Assembly: GCF_009834535.1 (NCBI RefSeq)
Contig: NC_045696.1
Coordinates: forward strand, 78,494,001-78,558,000
Length of the DNA: 64,000 nucleotides
Reading direction: 5' to 3'
Source: Camelus ferus
Lineage: Eukaryota
The translations under genes were made by a program, and so were the position numbers. Below the pieces are notes generated by a model. The model made no database searches. It had not been told where the DNA came from and saw only the letters and a list, made by a program, of their open reading frames with translations. Positions 38,170-52,545 of this stretch are shown piece after piece. Each line of letters begins with the position of its first letter. The stretch's first letter is position 1.

Positions 38170-39633
38170 GGAGCTGCACATGAGGTGACACACGTATCGA
38201 TGTTATGTCACTTGCATCATTCTGAAAATGGCACTACTTTCTATATAGCTGGATGTGTTTGGGGACATGATTATTCTCTGTGTCAGTGTTTCTGCACTAT
38301 TGCTTTGGCTCGGTAATAAATATGTGAGATTTTTTTCATTGGAAAAAATAAAAATACATACATACATACATACTATAGCCTAAATGAATATCACTTATTT
38401 TTCCTCTATTCTATTTGTGCTGATTGTAGGATTAGTGACCTGTGACTGAAAAAGCAGTGCTTTCCCATGGGCTTTGGAAAGAGACAGACCTGGGTTTAGG
38501 AGGGGATCTAATCTGAATTCTGAAGTTCACCATCCTGGGAACCTTAGTTAAGTTGCTTAACCTCTCTGGACCTCAGTTTTTTTATCTTGCTAAGTAGGGA
38601 TTATAGTATCAGTCTCCCAAGGCAAAAATTGAACATTCAATGAAGTCAGGTCCTTTCCCTCCATTTTTTAGAAGATGGTTTCTCATCCTAGGTCTCCTAT
38701 TAAGTGCTCTGTTAGCATCATTTCACCTCTCTGGTTCTCAGGTTCTGTGTCAATAAAATAATGAGGGCATGGGCTCTTTGAATCTAACTTTCTGTGATTT
38801 TATTTTGAATTGCCCAAAGCAGGGCTTTAACTTCTTATTTCAGCTGGTAAATAACCTCAAAGAAATAAAAGGCAAAATGGCCCTGAATCAGGGTTAATAA
38901 TACAAATTACTAAAATTAAAAAATGATAAACTTTTAACTAGTATGTGATCTTAAATCGAAATAGATGATGGGAATGATAACCCCCAAAGTAGAATACTTC
39001 ACTGAAAAATTTTTCAATGACATATTTTATAGTTAAAGAAGGAGACTGCTTGTAAGAAGTTATTTTTAAAATTGAATTGCATGCATATCAATGGGTCCTG
39101 GAGAAAAATTACTCTAAAATTTCTAAATTTCTAAAGAAATGCTTTAAAGCATCATTTCATACTATAATTTAATACTCCATAAGGAAGTCATAAGCATTTG
39201 GAACCAGTTGGAAGGAGCAGTTACTAATGACACATGAAATATGGATCCTGAAAATGTAATTACTGTATTGAGACTATACTTCAGAATTGCAGGGAAAAAA
39301 TCTCGGTCACCTTTTATCATGGGTCTCTGAAAAGGACACATTTGTCCTACTAAACAGAAAGATTAAATGGTTCATCTTTTTCCAGCCTTCTTCTAATTAA
39401 GATAGGGTTTCTTACAAATGGAAGGTATTTTAAACTTTTGTATATTGTTAAATGTGTAAAAAAAAGATGGGCCTGTCATTTCTTCCTCCTTCTTATCTTG
39501 CAGTCCACAGCATTATTTTCACACTACAGCAGATGAACCAAAAGTCTCTGGTGCATCAAAACCAATATCAACCTTCTTGAATTAATTACTTCCCTCAATC
39601 TCAGCTTTATAATGAGTATCTGTGGGAATTGGC

Positions 39634-39669
<36 letters not shown>

Positions 39670-40595
39670 GCACCAGCAAGGTGGGGGAATATGTTCCTGT
39701 AAGGCCTATTTTCTTTCCTCCCTTTTCTACCATTAGATTAGTATTCAGGAAGTAAAACCTCACTTCTGAGGATGATCTCTTATTTTAAACAGTCTAGGTT
39801 TGCAGACCATTGAGGAAGAAAAGTCATTTTCAACTCCCATGTTACAAAACCAAATGTACCATGGTCTTCTCAGTTTTTACACACAACGAGGCCTTGGAAA
39901 AAAAAATTCTAAAATCTCACACTCATTTTCTTTATTTGTGTCTCAGGGAATATTATTATGTCACAAATATAAATAAAGCTACCAGCATTTCTTCTTCAAC
40001 AATTCAGAGATGGAGCTGTCTTCTGGAGCTAGGTTTTCAATAACACCTTTATTCTGTGATTGATAACACACTATTAACACAGTGATTCTCAAACCTAGCT
40101 GCACATCAGAATAATCCCTGGATATTTCATATATATGTGTATGTATATATACCAAGTAAAATAAATGTAATATATAAAATAATAACATAAGATATAAGAT
40201 ATATATCTATCTTTGGGCTACATTCTTAGAGATTTTGATTAGGTGGACATGAGCCAGGAATTTATTTTTCTTATTAGATGAACATTGGCCTGGTATCTTT
40301 TTTTTAATAACCAATGTGGAGAATCACTATATTAACATAATTCCTACTATTAAAATGCAATGAAAAATATATATACCTATATTGTGGTTTAATTCCCATA
40401 TGTTTATATTGTATTTTCTAAAAATATAACACAAATATGGAGTTCTCTTTTATTGATAAAGATTGTATTAACATAGCAACACCAGTCTTGCTGCATCATC
40501 ATATTTGGAACGTGGTTTGAAAGATCCATTACTTAAAAGGCATGAAGCCAGCCCCCTTTGCAGGGGAAAACAAGCAAACAAAGTCAATGAATGAT

Positions 40596-40785
40596 AGATG
40601 TGATAGTAGTCTGTCTTAGATACCTACCTGCTCAGTCATTCACCACCAGGGTTAATTGGTTGATCTGGCTAACTAAACAGGTATTCCATTTAGCTCATCT
40701 GTCCATAGGTCAACTTCCTAAAGCTTTCCATCAGACAGGTTGACATTTTCAAATAGAAAAAGACTATTTATTTGTTAAGGATATT
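40596..40785 (+). pseudogene. RN7SK: decayed 7SK snRNA pseudogene (5' ~200 nt)
   Basis: collinear blocks agatgtga, ccagggttaattggttgatctggctaactaaacaggt, cctaaagct and atagaaaaagac...gttaaggatat correspond to 7SK GGATGTGA, CCAGGGTTGATTCGGCTGATCTGGCTGGCTAGGCGGGT, CCGAAGCT and ATAGAGGAGGAC...GTCAAGGGTAT. Confidence 0.75.
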
Positions 40786-42699
40786 CTACATGATGAGACC
40801 AAAAAAATGAATGACAAAATGAGGTCAAAAGGAGAATAAAGATGGAAAAAATCCAATGCTAGGACTAAAGACTGGTAAGTAAAATATTTGGAGCAAGACA
40901 CATACCAGCTAGAGGAGAACTAAAAATTGAACTTGGCATTTTAGCAGTCAAAGGAAAAGAAGAAACAATAAATTATGCCATTCATAGTCTCGAAAACAAA
41001 AACAAAAACAAAAAAACAGCTGCTTGGGAAAATCCTATTTCAGATCTTCCTGGAATTGAAATGCAGGGGAAATACCTTCAGTGGATCCTCCTACAGAGGA
41101 CACTGGCACACAGTAAGCCTTCCCTACAACATCTACACCCCCTCCTCAGACCCAGTCCCTAAGTAAGTACAACTTGTTTTATTAGTTTCTTTGTTATAAT
41201 GCTTACTAACACAGCCATCAGAAAAGAACTAAGGAGAAGCCAAAACAATACAATGCAAGCAATTTTTCTGTAACCATTTAGTTTAATCCTGAATTACACA
41301 CACTATTTCTTGAAATGGGTTTTTTACAGATTATTGGGTGTAAATGATAGACAGATTTAATACGTTCCATTGTTACCCAGACTACGAGTAGGAAACCTAC
41401 TCCCTAGTGAAACTTTAAAATGCCTACCCATACTGAAACATCAAGCTTGTCAACTTCAACACAATGGTAAGATAAAAAACATGTGAGATCATTACCAGCA
41501 CTTTCTTTTGAAAGAATCCTAAGCTTACTCCATTGACAGATAAGGAGTATTAATCATTTTAATCTGGCTGGAAAACATGTAAAGCACATAAAATTAGTAA
41601 ATATATAAAATAATGTGAACATTGCATTCATATGACTTCTGATTTTGTGCAACATAACTTCTGATAAATCCTTTAAACTGGTTGAAACAATGCATGCCTC
41701 AGTATCTAGAAGAATTGGCTTACCACAAACATATCATAGTTTTAATTCAGTGAAACACTGAAGAACAGCTTCCAAAATTGATTTAGATTTGGGATAGGAT
41801 TATCTTAAATCATTCTTTCTGGACAGTAATCAGATAGCAGAGTCAATTGACTAATAACAGCCATTTTCTGCCTTTGACCTTAAAAATTGTCAACACTGTA
41901 AAGGCAAATGCTTTTCTTTCTCTTTTACATGTAATGCTGCTGGGTTGGAGATAGTAGTAAAACTATTAATAAGGACCATATGGGTAGAACTCATTTGAAA
42001 GTATTATTGTAACATTATGTGTTTAGAAGACAGACAAGATAAACCCTTGTTTATCCCATTAGAAATTATTAAACAATTCATCAAGAGACCATTCTGACCA
42101 TTTCAGGTTCTCAAAGTAGTTTTAAGGTTATATTGAGAATCAATAACTCATACAACCTAGCTAATAATGAATTTATGTCTGGGAACAAAGGTAAAAGAAA
42201 AGTCAATCCGATCGGTAGAAAATTCTTGTGTATTTTCTGAAACATTCTACACACTGTGAAAAAATAGAGTGATATAACAACCTCAAGCAGAATATTGGCC
42301 TGAGAAGTCCAGACTTTTGACTTATCAAGAAAGAAACATATATATAGTCCAGAGAGAAAATCTAGTAAGCTAAATAGTCTAGATCTGGGGAGAATACAGA
42401 TTTGTCATTGAAAAATGGAATGGGCTATAGTCTAATTTTAATTAGAAATAAGCATACTTTGTAAGTTTATCTCAGTGGGTAAATAAATTGGGAAAGGCCA
42501 GAGCCATGTGTTACTTTCCTGGAAGTAGAAAAGCTGGGTATTTTACTTAATTAGCCATAGTATATGATAAAGTATAAATGGAAAGCATAATTCTGCTGCT
42601 GTTATGGAGTTAGTAAAAACATTGGGATTGTCTGATAAAAACTACTTTTACTTGCATGGAGAAAGTGGAAAAATGAGATACTTTGTATAAAATTGTGAT

Positions 42700-43020
42700 A
42701 ACTCAAGTGACCTTTTTGAAATTTGGTTTCCAATGTTCCTCACCAATCTAATGCCAGATTTCCTGTTGTTTGGACCAATCTGAATCACCAAGGTGGCTTG
42801 GGGAATGAATGCTACATGCTGAAGAATTTCAAGACAGCATCTCTTTACTTCCAGAAGGTGCAGTATATGGATTTGAAATTGGAGCTGCTGCAGCCAATTT
42901 TCCTCTAAGGAGGAAAACACTGGAACAGAATCATGAGAATTTCAGATGAATGGAGCCAGAACTCTTATAAATCACATCTGAAGACCACCCTACTCTACCT
43001 CTGAAATTTTCAGTGAAGTA
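42700..43020. mobile_element. old MaLR LTR fragment (MLT1J/K/L-like)
   Basis: ggagctgctgcagccaattt...ctgaagaccaccctactct...ttttcagt; a similar relic lies at ~56190-56700. Confidence 0.5.
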
Positions 43021-43022
43021 GC

Positions 43023-43630
43023 TGTATTAGTTTTATAATGCTGTATAACAAATTACTGAAAACAGCCGCTTAAAACAACACCCATTTATTAGCTCACAGT
43101 TCTGTATTTCAGATGTTTAGCACAGATATAACACTCAGTATATTAGAAGGTTGAAATCAATGTTCTGGAAAGTTAAGTCACTCCCCAAAAATTCTATGAA
43201 AAAAAATCATTTCATTAACAAGATCATTCTTCCTCTTGGCATGACCCAGTTCCTTGTGGTTGTAGGACTGGTCCCTGTATCTTTCCTATCAAACAGGAAG
43301 TTCTCTTAGCTGCTAGAGGCAGCCTAAATTCTTTGCCACATGGCCCCCTCTTTCTTCAAGAAGGCAATGGTGCTTCAAGTCTGTCTTGTACCTTAAATCC
43401 CTGATTTCCTCAGTCAGAAAAAACTTTTTGCTTTTAAAAGTCTTAGATGACTAGTTCAGAATTACCCAGATAATCTCCCTATCATAAAATCAACTAATTT
43501 GACACCTTAGTTATATTTGCAAAATCCCTTCACAGCAGTACCTAGATTCATGTTTGACTGAGTAACTGGGAGAGAGTATATGCCAGGACTAGGAATGTTG
43601 GGATATCTTCACAGAATTCTGCCTACCACA
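43023..43630 (-). mobile_element. MaLR solo LTR, MLT1E-like
   Basis: tgtattagtttt...gctgtataacaaattac...ttaaaacaacacccatttattagctcacagttctg...tgcaaaatcccttcacagcagtacctagatt...agaattctgcctaccaca. Confidence 0.85.
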
Positions 43631-44511
43631 TAGGTCAATTACTATTTATTGATATTTATACCAGTTTGAATCACATTTTCTATTCATTTATAAGCAAAAG
43701 CATTGTAACTGATACACTCCTCAAAAAAAGGGACATGTATGTTGAGGTTAAATGCATTCAATTTGTAACAACACTGATTCATCATAAAAAGGAACAGATT
43801 CCCAGCATACAAGCCTCATGAATTTGACAAACAACAGTGACCAGTCCATCTTAACATCTTCCAATTTCACATTTTCTTAGACAGCTAGCTACTGAAAGGT
43901 TCCAGAAAATAAGTATGGTTGCTAATATTTAGGACTTTTTGCAAACAAATAATAAAGCTTACTAGAACAGTCAACATATCAAAAATTTTACCTATAGTAT
44001 CTTCTCTGACTCCAGTTCTGAAAAGGAATCTTGATCTCTCTGATAAATTAGTTTTATGACAGATGATTTGTAGAAACTACAATGTAGTCACTCTTCCATA
44101 CATACTGCATTTGTTCCTTAGATCAAGCCAAACCATCAGAAGACTACAAATTTGGATTATATTGCCTTTAGAACCCAGAATCATCTTCCCAGAGTTATAT
44201 TTCAATATTAGACCTTCTTTAATCAAAGAAATTTGTCACTGCAAAAAATCCACTATCATATCATTTGTCATTCCCTATATAAAGTTCTCCATGAGAAATT
44301 TCTTTGAGAGTTAAGTGACAGGAATGGATATAGTTTTAAAATTATAACAACGAATATGATGGAAACAGATCAGGACTCCTTCCTCACTTTGACTGCCAGA
44401 AAGTTTACAGACACTTCAACTATCAATTCTAATGAATATGTATGACATTGCAATAGCAAGTTTGTATTTTTCTTTTATCTTATTTTTCACTTTGCTAACA
44501 TTCCTGTTCTT

Positions 44512-44636
44512 TTTTTTTAACATTTTTTATTGATTTATAATCATTTTATAATGTTGTGTCAAATTCCAGTGTAGAGCACATTTTTCAGTTATACATGAAC
44601 ATATATATATTTACTGTCATATTTTTTTTCTCTGTG
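44512..44636 (-). mobile_element. young L1 3' fragment
   Basis: reverse complement of the tail seen at 59050-59160; 18-bp TSD gctaa(c/t)attcctgttctt at 44494-44511 and 44637-44654. Confidence 0.9.
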
Positions 44637-45185
44637 GCTAATATTCCTGTTCTTGATGCTCTGTCTAAGGCATCACAAATCTTGTGGCAAATGAGGCTGA
44701 ATTTAAATAAATGAATAAATAAATTTCATATGTCAATCACAAATAACCTTTTGCAAATGTCTGAATTTTGTTTGGAGAACATCTGGGGTTAAGAAGTTCA
44801 GATTAAGAAATAGATAGGTCTTTCTTACTATAATAAAAAAATTATCCAAAAAGATTGTATTCAAATAATGTACTTCCTTTTTAAATAATATAAAGTTATT
44901 CCTAAACAAAACAAACCAAACCCTGTTAGATTTGAAATATTAAACATGGGAAATTCCTTTTCCACTTCAGTATTTCTAAGATGCCTCCTTTAAAGTTCAA
45001 ATTTTGAATCCTTTAAACTCATAGTCCTAAGCACAATAAAACTACATACAATGCTATTAATTCAGGCAAACTGAAAAGGTTATTTAAAAAAAAGGATTCA
45101 TATATGTGGTAAGTCAAACTCTGTTTCTCTTGAGCAACAGAGGCATATTTGAAGAACAAATCTACAAACAGAAAACATCTTTTCA

Positions 45186-45371
45186 TTCCTTAACAAACTA
45201 AAAACAGCATTGCCTATGATCCAGCAATTCCATTCCTGGGCATAAATCCAGAGAAAACTCTAATTCGAAAACATACATGCATCCCAATATTTACAGCAGC
45301 ACTATCTACAGTAGCCAAGACATGGAAGCAATCTAAATGTTCATCACAGGTGATTGGATAAAGATGTGGTG

Positions 45372-45402
<31 letters not shown>

Positions 45403-45770
45403 ATCTATATCCAATGGAATACTACTCAGCCATAGAAAAGAATAAAATAATACCATTTGCAGCAACATGGATGGACCTAGAAATTATACTAAATGAAGTA
45501 AGTCAGACAAAGTCAGGTATTATATAATATCACTTATATGTGGAATCTAAAAAATGAAACAAATGAACTTATTTACAAAACAGAAACAGACTCATAGACA
45601 TAGAAAACAAACTTAGGGTTACCAAAGGAGAATGGGGGGTGGGAGGGATAACTGGGAGTTTGGGATTAGCAGACACAAACTACTATATACAAAATAGATA
45701 AACAAGAAGGTAACACAACACTGTAAATCAACTATACTTCAATAAAAATATTAAAGTTAAAAAGAAAAAA
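45186..45770 (+). mobile_element. L1 3' fragment containing an internal (TGTC)/(TATC) repeat
   Basis: tatgatccagcaattcca...gcagcaacatggatggacctag...tatacttcaataaaa; TSD gaaaa(c/t)atcttttca at 45171-45185 and 45771-45785. Confidence 0.9.
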
Positions 45771-46549
45771 GAAAATATCTTTTCAACATTTGACTCATAA
45801 AATGTATATGTGGAAGTTTTACCATTTTACAAAATGGCATTCATTTACAGTTACATGTTATAAACATATTGACCATTAAGAGATTGTTGCTAAGGTTGGA
45901 AGAAGAGGTAGCTCAGAAGAATGCCATTTCTCAGAATAGACTTACAGGTTTAAATTTAGCACATCTTGCTTGAAATTTTGATTTAAAATATGAAATAGGT
46001 GATATATTACTCATTATTGTTTTAGTTCTCCAATGGATCAAGTATATAAACTTCAAAGAAACAAACATATTGACAAGTAGTAAGTTGTGTGGGTGGCAAT
46101 AGCTTAAATAATATTCTGCTTGGCATAGGGGAGTTTCCCAATGGAAAATGCCTTTACTTTGCTAAATGAGACAAATTTCTGTTTTGTTTCTTTTATTCAT
46201 TATATCCATAGCTTCCCACAGACAGAAAAGGGGAGGGATGAGGGATGGGTAGAAGAGACAGTAAATAAAATGAGTACGACCATAAAAACTACTTGTACTC
46301 TTTGATTTATCTATATCTTTTCAAATGGATTTTGTTCATAAATTGCCTATAGCTCCTTATGTAATGATCAATTTTAAATTCTTAGAAGGATTAAAGCTGG
46401 AGAATTTCTATATTGATAGTGAAAAAGAGTGATGGACTGGAATACAGCTAATTGTATTAAAATGATCAGCTAACTATATTACAGAATACAGCCAACATCC
46501 CATCCCATATATATTTGTGTCTGCGTTATACATTTATATTACAAATACA

Positions 46550-46990
46550 TATATTCATATTCTCTTATCAGATATATGATTTGCTATTCCCTTATCAGAT
46601 ATATGATTTGTAAACATTTTTTCCCATCCAGCAGACTGTCTTCTCACTTTCATGATAGGGTCCTTTATAGGACAAAATTTTTAATTTTGATATAGTACAA
46701 TTTACCTACTCTTTCTTTCATTGTCTGTGCTTTTGGTGTCATATCTAAGAAATTACTGAGTCATAAAAAGCTACTCATGTTTTCTTCTAATAGTTTTAAC
46801 TCTTAAGTTTAGGCCTGTAATCCATTCTGAGTTAATTTTTCAACATGATATGAGATAAGGATCAAACTTCATTCTTCTGCATGCGGATATCCAGTTTTAC
46901 CAGCACAATTTGCTGAAAAGACTATTCTTTTCCTACTTTTTTAGCATCCTTGTCAAAAATCAATTGACCATAAATGTGAGGGTTTATGAC
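46550..46990 (-). mobile_element. L1M ORF2 fragment
   Basis: ttatcagatatatgatttg...tgcttttggtgtcatatctaagaaa...ggatatccagtttt.ccagcac...aatcaattgaccataaatgtg. Confidence 0.85.
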
Positions 46991-47748
46991 AACATTTTTA
47001 TTGTTATTTTATATGTGCTTTCATTAACTGGTCTTTTACTAATACTAATTATTCTCAAATAATAAGCACTTCCTTTGGCTAAATTTTACACTGTAATGAA
47101 TTTATTTGCTGAACAAGTAGGAAACTGAAAAGTAGAAGTGGGGGTTAAGTAGGAGACAGGAAGAAGAGCATTTTAATGGAAGGAAAACCAAATTAGGAAT
47201 CTTGGAACTTAAACAGTTAGATCTGCAGGCCAATAGTTATCTGCAAAAATTCACTGGGAAAGTCATGTCGCATGTGTGAAGTATAAGAAAGAATGGCCTT
47301 TCAAGCTGAATTAGCTCTCCACTTGAGAGGGTACTATCTATCCCTTAATAAATCCTCACTTGACTTTCTTAACCTCCCTGTCTTGTCTCTGAATTCTTTC
47401 TGCAACAAGGCAAAAACCTAATCGCTTGGCAACAAAGTAAGTGAGTTCTCACTTCTTTTACAAGGCACTAATTTCACTCATGAGGGCTCTGTCTCCATGA
47501 TTCAATTACCTCCCAAAGGCCCCAACTCCAAATACCATTATATTAGGAATTTGGCAGTAACACATGAATCTAGAGGGACACAACATCCAGTCTATAGCAT
47601 ATATAAAGATTCAGAAATGTCACAGAACAACTTATGCTCTTCAGAAGACAACTACTATGAAATGAGTGAGTCTGATAATTACCTATAGGGCATGAATTGA
47701 TGATTTTTCACCTATATTCTGCAAGTTTTGATCTGCTTTTCATCACAA

Positions 47749-47768
47749 TGTGTATGTGTGTATATGTG

Positions 47769-47802
<34 letters not shown>
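47749..47802. repeat. imperfect (TG)n microsatellite
   Basis: direct reading. Confidence 0.9.
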
Positions 47803-47803
<1 letters not shown>

Positions 47804-49394
47804 CTCTAACTTTGTCTCATTTATCTTCCTGCATGGTTGTTTTTGGCATTATAAACAAATCTATTTGTATGAATTTATAATTAATAATTCAAAATATATC
47901 AATACTAATAAAAAGATTAAAAATACATCACTTCTAATAAGCATTCTTCTTTCACTTCAAGTGAATATTCCCCTTGTCACGTTAATACACTGTAGAATAC
48001 TCTCTGACTATAATATTTTTTCAAGCTTACATTTGAAATTACAGAAAATAGGAGTCCCTAAAAGGCAATATTTATTTCTGTAGTTAGTTCTTCCAAGGTC
48101 TCACTTTTGTAGTCAGTGAATAGCACTAGAACACTTTACCATATCACAAACACAAAAAAGGGGAAAAGTGAGAAAACAAAGCTAGGTATTAATGAGTGAA
48201 TGACCTTCAGCCTGAAGCTCCCACATCTCCGAGTTCATTCCATTAGAATAAGTATTATGGTACCTCATAGTACATGTCCTCTTTCTCAACTGACAGATAA
48301 ATAAAGTGGACTCTTCTTTTCCAGAGAGTTTCTAATTTAAACCACTTAGTGTTGAAGCCAGCATAGAGAATGCGCAGACTTTAAAAAACTCTCCTGCCAC
48401 AGGAGGCCAGAAAGCACACTTCCCCAGGATTTCAGAATATTGTTTTAGCTGTTCCAAGATACAGCAAAAGAAAAAGTAAAACTCCCAGAGCGGAGTGGAG
48501 TATAAGATGTCTATAAAGTTAAAAATGTCTTTAATTTTAAAGATGTTCTATAAGGTTAAAAATAAAAACAATTTATAGTGGGATATTCAGAGAGGGGAAG
48601 TAACTTGGTTATTCAGTCCTTTGTCTTCTTTACTTTTCATGCTGAGCACCATACCTTAACTGAGGTTATAAAACCTACAAGATGACCTTGTGTAACTAAA
48701 AATCCTATTAAACTACCCCAAAATTTCCAGGCCCTGCCTTTACAGGTGATGATGATTTCCAGGAATATTAAATACTCTAATTACAAACTTCATTAATAAG
48801 TCTTTCACAGGCATTCATGATCTAAAATGAGAAAATGATCACTTATTATCAAACACCTGTGGTCAGGATAACACTGAATCCTGAACTCTCATGACTTCCA
48901 GGAAACTAGTCAGCCCAACTGGCCCAGTGTATTCTTTGCTCTTTAAAAACTTAATATTGCTGCTTCTCACTTCACTAATCTCATCTCTTTATGTTGTTCA
49001 CTTACTGACATTTTCTTATCAATTACTAAACTTTAAAAGTCCACCCTCCACTAGGAAACCCTTTCTGAATATTTACAGGATCATTTATTTTTAGTACTTA
49101 TTATTTGAAATTTACTTTCTGCTACCATGATTTTTTTTCCTCTGTCTGCTTCCCCAAGGGTAGTGTGAGCTCTTCGAAAACTTAAGAAGAATCTGAGGTA
49201 ACTTCATTTCATGTTGATCTCTTAACCTTATGGAAACCATCCACATAAGTGAATCATAAACTGCAAAGTACTAAGAAAGAGGAATACACTATAACTGCAC
49301 TGGATTTTAGTTGACAAATTTTGTATCTGCTGATTGAGCAGGTACAGAATCTTATGCCCCTTTATATCTCTAGAGCTTAGATATTCATAGTCAA

Positions 49395-50157
49395 GAGAGA
49401 AATAAAAATTAAAATGACAAAGAGGTACCAATGCATAGCTATTAGACTGACCAGAATTAAAATGACTAAACATACTAAACGTTGGGAATGTGGGGAAACT
49501 AGAATTCTCATACACTATTACTGGGAATGAAAAATGGTACAACTACTTTGGAAAACAATTGGGCAGTTTTTTACAAAGTTATGGTCCAGCCTTTCAACAT
49601 CTAAGTATTTACCTGAAAGAAATGAACGCATCATGATCACACAAAGATCTGTACACAAATGTTCAAAGTACCTTTATTTATAATAGCCAAAATCTGAAAA
49701 CAATTCAAATGTCTATCAGCAGGTGAGTGGATAAACAAGTCTGGTATACCCATATAATGGAACATTTCTCAGCAATGAAAAGAAACAATCCATTGGTAAT
49801 TACTACAACATGAATATAACTATTCTGAAAATAATTATTCTAAGTAAAAGTAATCAGACTAAAGTGTTTGTACTGAGTGATTCAATTTAAATGAAGTTCT
49901 AATCTATATAGTGGTGTAATTAATCAGTAATGACAGTAAGCAGATCAGTAGTTGCCTGGGATTGGGGAGGGGAGTGAGATGAGGGATTGAAAATGGTTAT
50001 GAGGAAACTTCTGCAGGTAATGGATGTCTTACTATCTCCATTGTAATGATGGATCCACAGGTGTAAAGATATGTCAAAAAAATTCAAATTCTACATCTTA
50101 AATACTGTAATTCATTGTATGTCAATTTTACAACAATAAAGCTGTTTGAAAAAAAAA
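49395..50157 (+). mobile_element. old L1M (MC/ME-type) 3' end
   Basis: aaaatggtacaactactttggaaaaca...ttatttataatagccaaaa...agcagatcagtagttgcctggg...caataaagctgtt plus A tail. Confidence 0.8.
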
Positions 50158-50479
50158 GGCTAAAGAATTCTTGGAATAAAATATCCATATATGTAACCTG
50201 ATGAAGATAACAATAAAGAGATATCATTTCAGGTGTCTGACTAGTGTACAGCCTCCCTTCCCTTTTCTGGCATCTGTTCAACAAGTTTTAGTGGTTCTTC
50301 TTAAGTACATGTAGGGTATAATTTAATATTTATTAAAATATTCTTGAAAATGATTATAATTTTATACAATGTTATATAATATTAAATTATATAATTATTA
50401 TAGTTATAAATTTATTGAAATTTAATATATATTTATAATTATGAATTATAAACATATAGTTATATAATCATTCAACAAG

Positions 50480-50960
50480 TTGAAACTAACTTCTCAGTGC
50501 ATTTAAAATATAATCCAAACACTTTCCCATGGTTTGAAATATTTCTTATTTACCTTTTTAATGTTATAACACTCTTAAGAGTAGATCACTATGCTACAAT
50601 CATACTGGCATTCTTTTTGTTCTTCTCCATTGAGAACATGACAAACTCCATTCTGTCTTAGAGCACTGCACTTGCTGAAGCATTTGTTAAACTTTCCTCA
50701 GCTCATGATTTCAACTCCTACCTCCTCAGGTAAGCCATCACCAGAATACATTCCAAATAGTCAACTAACCCTTCTTAGTCACTCGTTATCACACCACCCT
50801 GCTTTATTTGCTTTATTGTATGAATTTCTGATTTGTCCTTGTACTTATTTACTGGCTATCAACTCTTTCATCACTTGAATGTAAGTACAATGGCCATGAA
50901 CTCTGTTTTGTTAATCTCTGTAACCCAGAACATGCTTGGAACATAGGTAGGTAATGCATA
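50480..50960 (+). mobile_element. L2 3' fragment
   Basis: ttaaaatataatccaaac...catactggcattcttt...acctcctcaggtaagcc...acataggtaggtaatgcataaat. Confidence 0.55.
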
Positions 50961-51559
50961 AATTTTTTTTTATAGATAAAAGGTCATGTATATAGCATGT
51001 TTTCAGTATTGGACCAAGCCTATTGCCAATAGGTATTTACTTTGAAATGGTTGTCTCATGGAGACCAATAAACTGATTTTAAGTGGTTAGCTTTGGAAGC
51101 CTATTTTGATGATAGTTTTGGCCATTTAATTAGATTGAATCTACAGTTACAATGACTAGATGTCAACAAGTTTCAAGTAGAATACAAAGTTGAATAAATT
51201 GAATTTTAGTCAAGTTATTTTGAAAGTGATGTTATTTTTAAAACTTGAAGTCTTTACTAATTTACTTCTACAATCTTGTCATTATTTGCTAAAATAGAAA
51301 ATTTGTAGCCAGAATACTATAACCTAGGAAACTGTCACTTTGAGCTGTTTAGTGGACTAGAGAATCATGGGACATTTCCACACAGAAAAATTAGATCTCT
51401 CACCAAATGTAATTTTTGTCACATTGATGGTTTCAGAAGAAGTAGGAGAAACCTTCAAATAGCAAAACGAATCAACAACTAAGTAAATAAATACAGTAAG
51501 TAATCTAAAGCATAGTAGGAACATTGAAACGGACATTCCCAGCAATGTCTATGCAACGG

Positions 51560-52545
51560 AAATAATTAAATTGACACTCCCAGATTCTGCTTGGGACTGT
51601 AAAGGGGGACTAAGTTTTCCCCAAATCAATAATTCCCCCAAATTCTCAGCAAAAGTAAATACAATCCCTTTCCACAGAAAGGCATCTTCACTAGGGCCTC
51701 ACATTTTCCACAGATCAAAATCAGTCATATATGAGTTCACAAATAAAGCTTATAAACACACCAAAACCAAGACCTCATGAGTGTTATTTGGCGGAAACAA
51801 CAGAAAAAAGATTTATAACCAAAAGAAAATTATAAATTAGAATTTATAGCTAGACACAATAGAATGACTATGTGTGATATTTTGACAGAAATATCTTATG
51901 GCATCATAAAAAAGAAATAGCAACATTTTATTATCAAAAATTACCAGGAAGTGTTGAAATAAGTCAAATTATACCTTAGAAATAAAATATAATTGTTTTA
52001 ATTAGAAATGTATGGCTAAATGTCTGCTTACACTCAACTGAATATGGAGTATAAGAAATGGATGATACAGCTAAAGAAATTACTCATATTGCATCAAAGA
52101 GAGTAAAGATAATGAAGAATTTAAGGAGTTTAAAATATTTTCAGGGTCAAATGTAAAGGCTAGTATTCATCTAAATGGGGACAAGGGGAAGAGAATGAAG
52201 GAAAGGCAATATGAAAGAGCTATTCAACTTGGAATTTTCTATAACAGATAAAAATAATAAATTTATATAAACAGGAAGCATAATGGATTATAAACAGGAT
52301 GAAAAATAAGTAAAAGTTTAGAGATACAAAGGAAACTAAAGCATCTCAAAAACAAGAAGAATATTTTCAAAATATCAAGGAGAAAAGACAGATCTCTAGT
52401 AATCTGACAGATTGCAGACTTATCAATGGTAGCTATAAAAGCCAGAAGACAGTAGAATATCTTCCAAATCTCGGGAGGAAATTATTATCCATCTAGATTC
52501 ATAAAGCTGGTAAAATTTCTTTCAAGAATGAGGGTAAAAATAGTA
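51560..52545 (+). mobile_element. old L1ME/HAL1-like ORF1-region relic
   Basis: gaagccagaagacagtagaatatcttc...atccatctagattc...tttcaagaatgaggg resemble ORF1-region remnants. Confidence 0.5.

Noticed and set aside
41376..41407. hairpin gagtagg-aaa-cctactc followed by ctagt (Helitron-end or ribozyme-like)
   Set aside because: Only a 7-bp stem, wrong spacing to CTAG and no hammerhead core; expected by chance.
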